A stretch of 24,321 nucleotides of DNA from the IMG/VR virus record IMGVR_UViG_3300026279_000019, positions 1-24,321 of that record; one strand, given 5' to 3'. The first letter of the stretch is position 1; each line of letters starts with the position of its first letter. A program made the position numbers and the translations under genes. Below are positions 21,213 through 24,321 of the stretch, in pieces. Source of the stretch: a virus. Its lineage: Duplodnaviria; Caudoviricetes. The notes beneath the pieces are model-generated. The model was given only the letters and a program-made list of their open reading frames with translations. It ran no database searches and was not told the origin of the DNA.

Positions 21213-21604
21213 TATCTCGTCCTATTTAAGACCAACTGTACAGCAGTAGGTGGATCATCTGAACCTACAATTACATATGTCATATCAACATCAAAAGAAT
21301 TATTATCATAGTTAGGATATGTTTCTATTGATAGAACATTAATTCTTGGTTCAAACTCAGCTAAAGTACCCGTAATACTCATTTCTACTTGAGCAGCTGT
21401 ACCATAATCTAGTGGTTCAAACAAATAACTCCTTATATTAGATCCATAATCAGGATTGAATGGTCTTTCTCCCTTATTAGTCAACAATAAATTAACGATT
21501 GCCTGTTTAATAGCAGAAGCATCCCTACTGACAACAAGGTCATCAGTAACAGGATGCTTCTTAAAATTGATATTAATGTCCTTGAAGGACAGAGTGGCCG
21601 CCAT
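21212..21604 (-). CDS. gp25: Baseplate wedge subunit, T4 gp25-like (GPW/gp25 family), 130 aa
   Basis: AIKQAIVNLLLTNKGERPFNPDYGS and FEPRI signature motifs; immediately upstream of gp6. Confidence 0.95.
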   Translation of the reverse strand: MAATLSFKDININFKKHPVTDDLVVSRDASAIKQAIVNLLLTNKGERPFNPDYGSNIRSYLFEPLDYGTAAQVEMSITGTLAEFEPRINVLSIETYPNYDNNSFDVDMTYVIVGSDDPPTAVQLVLNRTR

Positions 21605-21606
21605 TT

Positions 21607-21628
21607 ACTGACAATATACGAAGTCAGT
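21607..21628 (-). promoter_or_regulatory. Leader hairpin ending 2 nt before the gp25 start codon
   Basis: ACTGAC-(10 nt)-GTCAGT inverted repeat with arms at 21607-21612 and 21623-21628. Confidence 0.45.
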
Positions 21629-21630
21629 TA

Positions 21631-21638
21631 TATTTAGC
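21631..21638 (-). promoter_or_regulatory. Probable late promoter variant (GCTAAATA) upstream of gp25
   Basis: TAAATA core in the short intergenic gap, 26 nt upstream of the gp25 ATG; two mismatches to TATAAATA. Confidence 0.6.
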
Positions 21639-21643
21639 GACTT

Positions 21644-21931
21644 TTATCCTACTTCGTAAAAGGTATACTTTAAAAACAACTCTTCACCTCTATGAATTGC
21701 TTTAAGTGTCTTGACGAAGTATTTGTCCTCCTCACACCACTTTACACAATTAGGGTTATTAGAATGGTTTATGAACCCTCCTAGAGGAGTTCTATAGATT
21801 ACTTCCTCTACAACGATATGGGACATACCTAAGACCATACCAGCAGGGATATCTTCTAAGGCAAAGATACCTTGACCTGCTACTTCACTATCTTTAATAT
21901 GTAATCTACTCGGCAGTGCTTGATAAGTCAT
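21644..21931 (-). CDS. Minimal SET-domain protein (putative lysine methyltransferase), 95 aa
   Basis: SET motifs occur in the correct order: GQGIFAxEDIPAG, GFINHSNNPN (NHSxxPN), and IHRGEELFLKY (GEELxxxY with the conserved Tyr). No pre-SET or post-SET Cys clusters. Confidence 0.85.
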   Translation of the reverse strand: MTYQALPSRLHIKDSEVAGQGIFALEDIPAGMVLGMSHIVVEEVIYRTPLGGFINHSNNPNCVKWCEEDKYFVKTLKAIHRGEELFLKYTFYEVG

Positions 21932-21964
21932 TATGAATATTTTCGGAGATTTTCGGCGTTTGGG

Positions 21965-22150
21965 TCATCCCTGCCATTCTGCTTCCCTCAAAGCCTCTAC
22001 AATAACCTTCTTAAGTTCATTGCGCTTCTTCTTACCTAATCCAACATGTGCATCAAGTTTGAGTTTACCCCAATAAACAAAAGCAAGTACTAGTAAGAAT
22101 GGGATAGACTCAACCCATGAAATTTCATTCCATGCTGCTATTACATTCAC
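21965..22150 (-). CDS. Small single-pass membrane protein, 61 aa (GTG start)
   Basis: Hydrophobic stretch SIPFLLVLAFVYWG followed by a basic tail (KKKR). The start overlaps the upstream stop (GTGA, 22147-22150). Confidence 0.65.
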   Translation of the reverse strand: MNVIAAWNEISWVESIPFLLVLAFVYWGKLKLDAHVGLGKKKRNELKKVIVEALREAEWQG

Positions 22151-22284
22151 TTACCTTGCCCTCTATAACGCTTCTTAGCAACATTACGAGATGTTGCTGC
22201 AAGTTTCGTATTCTTTGAATTGCCTTGCCTAGTTACTTTAGGTTTCGGTTCAATCAATTGCTTATCTTGTTGATATAATGCCAT
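22147..22284 (-). CDS. Small Lys/Arg-rich protein, 45 aa (below the ORF-track size cut-off)
   Basis: Manual translation MALYQQDKQLIEPKPKVTRQGNSKNTKLAATSRNVAKKRYRGQGK*. It fills the gap exactly: starts 3 nt after the upstream stop and its stop overlaps the downstream GTG. 12 of 45 residues are K/R. Confidence 0.8.
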   Translation of the reverse strand: MALYQQDKQLIEPKPKVTRQGNSKNTKLAATSRNVAKKRYRGQGK

Positions 22285-22287
22285 TAA

Positions 22288-22692
22288 TTATGTTCGTGTA
22301 CCAATGTATATTGTAGGATACTTCCCAGGAGTTGTCAAGGGCCTCGGATTAGGTAGTGCTCCCACACCAGTTACTCCGTCACCTATGACTGGAACGAGAG
22401 TACTCTCAAAATAAACTCCCCTTGCTTCTGAATTGACAATCCCAACAATAGGAGATGTCCTAGGTAGTAGCGGTGGAAGAGGTGGTACTAAAATATTGAT
22501 AGGAACACCAGGAACAGGGATAGGTTGACTACTTGGATCTAATCCTGTTATTAAAACACCACCACTATAAATTGTCAGGTAAGTCTTATTAAGTCCACCG
22601 TGTAATAGTAAAGGATATACCGCAGTAGCATTAGCACTTTCAGTATCTACTGTTATACTATCAGCTATCAATCCTGGTATTGGTACTGTCAT
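22288..22692 (-). CDS. Putative divergent PAAR / gp5.4-like baseplate spike-tip protein, 134 aa
   Basis: GAGGAG (22700-22705) 7 nt upstream. GVYFESTLVPVIGD resembles the PAAR VxxxGxPAARxGD unit, and C-terminal PTIYIG resembles the PAAR xVxIG ending. Located just upstream of gp25. The family call is an inference. Confidence 0.55.
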   Translation of the reverse strand: MTVPIPGLIADSITVDTESANATAVYPLLLHGGLNKTYLTIYSGGVLITGLDPSSQPIPVPGVPINILVPPLPPLLPRTSPIVGIVNSEARGVYFESTLVPVIGDGVTGVGALPNPRPLTTPGKYPTIYIGTRT

Positions 22693-22891
22693 CTTTTAAC
22701 TCCTCTACTGTCTTATGTAAATAGTCAAGTGTCTCAACTAAACTCTCATGAGTTTGCTGGCCCTGTCGCTTGTACATCAATAATGGACGCTCTAGCCTGT
22801 ACATCCTCTGCTCCAACTGATTCAACCTCTCGGACAATTGTTGGAGTGACTCGTTGAACTTCTGCATTGTCAACTGGTTGTCTACTGTCAT
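22661..22891 (-). CDS. Hypothetical coiled-coil protein, 76 aa
   Basis: AGGAG (22898-22902) 6 nt upstream of the ATG; heptad pattern FNESLQQLSERLNQLEQRMYRLE. Confidence 0.75.
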   Translation of the reverse strand: MTVDNQLTMQKFNESLQQLSERLNQLEQRMYRLERPLLMYKRQGQQTHESLVETLDYLHKTVEELKDDSTNTRIDS

Positions 22892-23003
22892 TATCTACTC
22901 CTGAAAAACGTTGTGATGCAGCTCCTTCAAACTGATCACAAAACTGTTCAAAATTGTTAAGTACCTTTTCATAATAATTCTCATCTACTGGTAATTCTCT
23001 CAT
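22746..23003 (-). CDS. Hypothetical acidic protein, 85 aa, overlapping the downstream gene by 146 bp
   Basis: Start overlaps the upstream stop (ATGA, 23000-23003), suggesting translational coupling. N-terminal helix-like segment YYEKVLNNFEQFCDQFE. Confidence 0.65.
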   Translation of the reverse strand: MRELPVDENYYEKVLNNFEQFCDQFEGAASQRFSGVDNDSRQPVDNAEVQRVTPTIVREVESVGAEDVQARASIIDVQATGPANS

Positions 23004-23683
23004 ACTGTTAATCCTGGTGAACCACCATAATGCTGTGACCCGTGCTGGTGGTGTTGTATTTCTGGATAATCATTAATAGGATTATTAAGATCTGGTCCAT
23101 GATGTTCTGCTTCATGCTGCATAATCTTTGCTTCAATTGAGATAACTCTTGAACATAATTCTTCTAACATGTTAGCAATCTTATTCAATTGATTCTCATG
23201 TGTTGCAATTGCATATGCAGGATCTGCCATCATTTGTGAATGTGCTTCCTCTGATGCATCTGCTACTGGCATATCTGCTGGACGCATTGAATCTACTAAA
23301 TGATCTACTGCTGATGCATAATCAGTCGGGGGAACTTCTGTTATATCTGATTGTCCTGTTGTATATGGAGGAGGTGCAATTGTACCATCCCATTCTGTTC
23401 CAGTCACACTTGGTGGAACCATCGTCGCTGGAGGAGGGGCAATTGTTCCAGTACTTCCATCATTCTCAGTATATGTTGTATCTGGTCCGAGATCTGGACG
23501 GCCTTCTGTTATTGCACTACCAGTAACACCACCAGTGACAGGAGTTGGAACAGTTGTCTCTGGAATTAATCCAGGTGTCTGAGTTACCTCAATCCCTGGA
23601 ATTGGATTTGGAACAGCTGTTGTACCATCTGCATATACATGTGCATTTGGATCTGAGGGTGGTTGAATATTTGAATCTGTCAT
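23000..23683 (-). CDS. Hypothetical Pro/Thr-rich acidic protein with C-terminal coiled coil and His-rich tail, 227 aa
   Basis: ATG at 23683 (MTDSNIQPP...) is preferred over the track's TTG at 23710. Low-complexity N-terminal two-thirds, GTIAPPP twice, helix HENQLNKIANMLEELCSRVISIEAKI, tail QHHQHGSQH. Confidence 0.8.
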   Translation of the reverse strand: MTDSNIQPPSDPNAHVYADGTTAVPNPIPGIEVTQTPGLIPETTVPTPVTGGVTGSAITEGRPDLGPDTTYTENDGSTGTIAPPPATMVPPSVTGTEWDGTIAPPPYTTGQSDITEVPPTDYASAVDHLVDSMRPADMPVADASEEAHSQMMADPAYAIATHENQLNKIANMLEELCSRVISIEAKIMQHEAEHHGPDLNNPINDYPEIQHHQHGSQHYGGSPGLTV

Positions 23684-23735
23684 TTGTTTATACTCGTCTT
23701 TTTGGCGCAAAATTTTGCTGGGAAATTTTTTCTAT

Positions 23736-23764
23736 ATTATAGCATCTTATTTACGATTTTGCAA
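23736..23764 (-). promoter_or_regulatory. Sigma70-type promoter: TTGCAA-17 bp-TATAAT with extended -10 TGn
   Basis: Minus strand reads TTGCAA AATCGTAAATAAGATGC TATAAT; -35 at 23759-23764, -10 at 23736-23741, upstream of the 227-aa gene. Confidence 0.75.
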
Positions 23765-23978
23765 ATAGCCTATGCAGATATTTAGCAGCACGTATTAATA
23801 TATCAATGATTTCTGAGAGTAGGGAATACTTTCTCTTCCTTTTTTTGGGGATTCCCTTCGGGCGTTTCTGAAATCTTATATATTTCTTCTCAGACCTCTC
23901 CTTCTTTATCCTCTGATAACTCTGAGCACTATATTGACCACGTGTAGTTGCTGAATGTAACTTTTGACCTTTTCTCAT
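23751..23978 (-). CDS. Very basic hypothetical protein, 75 aa
   Basis: ATG 18 nt downstream of an exact late promoter. 24 of 75 residues are K/R versus 4 D/E; C-terminal amphipathic helix. No clear Shine-Dalgarno sequence. Confidence 0.55.
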   Translation of the reverse strand: MRKGQKLHSATTRGQYSAQSYQRIKKERSEKKYIRFQKRPKGIPKKRKRKYSLLSEIIDILIRAAKYLHRLFAKS

Positions 23979-23996
23979 GGTTTTTTCTGGGGGGAA

Positions 23997-24004
23997 TATT
24001 TATA
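23997..24004 (-). promoter_or_regulatory. T4-type late promoter TATAAATA heading the structural gene cluster
   Basis: Exact consensus (plus strand TATTTATA), intergenic, downstream of a terminator. Confidence 0.85.
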
Positions 24005-24079
24005 GCTCGTTGGGATACTTTTGTAGACTTTTGAATGGTTAGGAGTCCCGCTCGGCGCACCCCCAACCCCCCCAACCAA

Positions 24080-24107
24080 TAAAAAACCCTGTCATTTCGG
24101 ACAGGGT
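24080..24107 (-). terminator. Rho-independent terminator
   Basis: Minus strand ACCCTGTC-CGAAAT-GACAGGGT-TTTTTA: perfect 8-bp stem, 6-nt loop and U-tract, 7 nt after the stop of the 56-aa gene. Confidence 0.9.
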
Positions 24108-24114
24108 GTCTGTT

Positions 24115-24285
24115 TCAGTGTCTGTCTGAGATGTCCCAAACGCCCCAATCTGTGTGAGAGGGGGCAGGTCTCAGACCTTGCCTGATCTCGTGACGGATTT
24201 GCTCTTGCTCCAGTTCTTGTCTGACCATGCGAGTGCAAAAGTCTTCTAGTCCTGGTGAGCAGTGGTAACCGTTGCCTGAAATCAT
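24115..24285 (-). CDS. Small hypothetical early-type protein, 56 aa (not in the ORF track)
   Basis: Manual translation MISGNGYHCSPGLEDFCTRMVRQELEQEQIRHEIRQGLRPAPSHTDWGVWDISDRH*. Flanked by a TATAAT box upstream and a terminator downstream. Confidence 0.7.
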   Translation of the reverse strand: MISGNGYHCSPGLEDFCTRMVRQELEQEQIRHEIRQGLRPAPSHTDWGVWDISDRH

Positions 24286-24308
24286 GGGTGATCCGTGAAC
24301 ATGCTTTA

Positions 24309-24314
24309 ATTATA
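24309..24314 (-). promoter_or_regulatory. -10 box (TATAAT) of a probable early sigma70-type promoter; the -35 would lie outside the window
   Basis: Perfect TATAAT 23 nt upstream of the ATG at 24285. Confidence 0.6.
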
Positions 24315-24321
24315 CAGGATG

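Noticed and set aside
22661-23003. Overlapping pair as Rz/Rz1-type spanins
   Set aside because: Neither protein has a transmembrane segment, signal peptide or lipobox.
23684-23710. TTG start extension of the 236-aa ORF
   Set aside because: The ATG at 23683 fits the promoter position better and has a purine-rich upstream region; the TTG lies within the palindrome and has no SD.
23200-23742. Three plus-strand ORFs opposite the 227-aa gene
   Set aside because: Antisense shadows with no independent support.
24166-24178. AGGTC-TCA-GACCT inverted repeat
   Set aside because: Short and inside a coding region; likely chance.

Overview
AT-rich segment of a T4-like myovirus genome, most likely a marine cyanophage (Kyanoviridae-like, inferred from gene content, gene order and promoter types). 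Every credible gene is on the minus strand. In order of transcription (right to left): a short GC-richer early-type gene behind a TATAAT box, an intrinsic terminator, a G-rich non-coding element, a T4 late promoter (TATAAATA), and a cluster of small genes. That cluster encodes a very basic 75-aa protein, a Pro/Thr-rich acidic protein, two genes overlapping by 146 bp, a divergent PAAR/gp5.4-like protein, a 45-aa Lys/Arg-rich protein, a single-TM protein and a minimal SET-domain methyltransferase. The baseplate module follows: gp25, gp6, giant gp7, gp8, a VrlC/DUF4815-like protein, and a tail-fibre gene that runs off the left edge. Three genes absent from the ORF track were translated by hand (<1..915, 22147..22284, 24115..24285). 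The strongest leads are (1) a helical domain inside gp7 resembling a phycobiliprotein subunit, including both bilin-attachment Cys motifs; (2) the SET-domain enzyme near small Lys-rich proteins; (3) the dual-coding gene overlap; and (4) a G-quadruplex-capable, A-tract-phased element at the early/late boundary. All product calls rest on motif recognition by eye; no searches were run.
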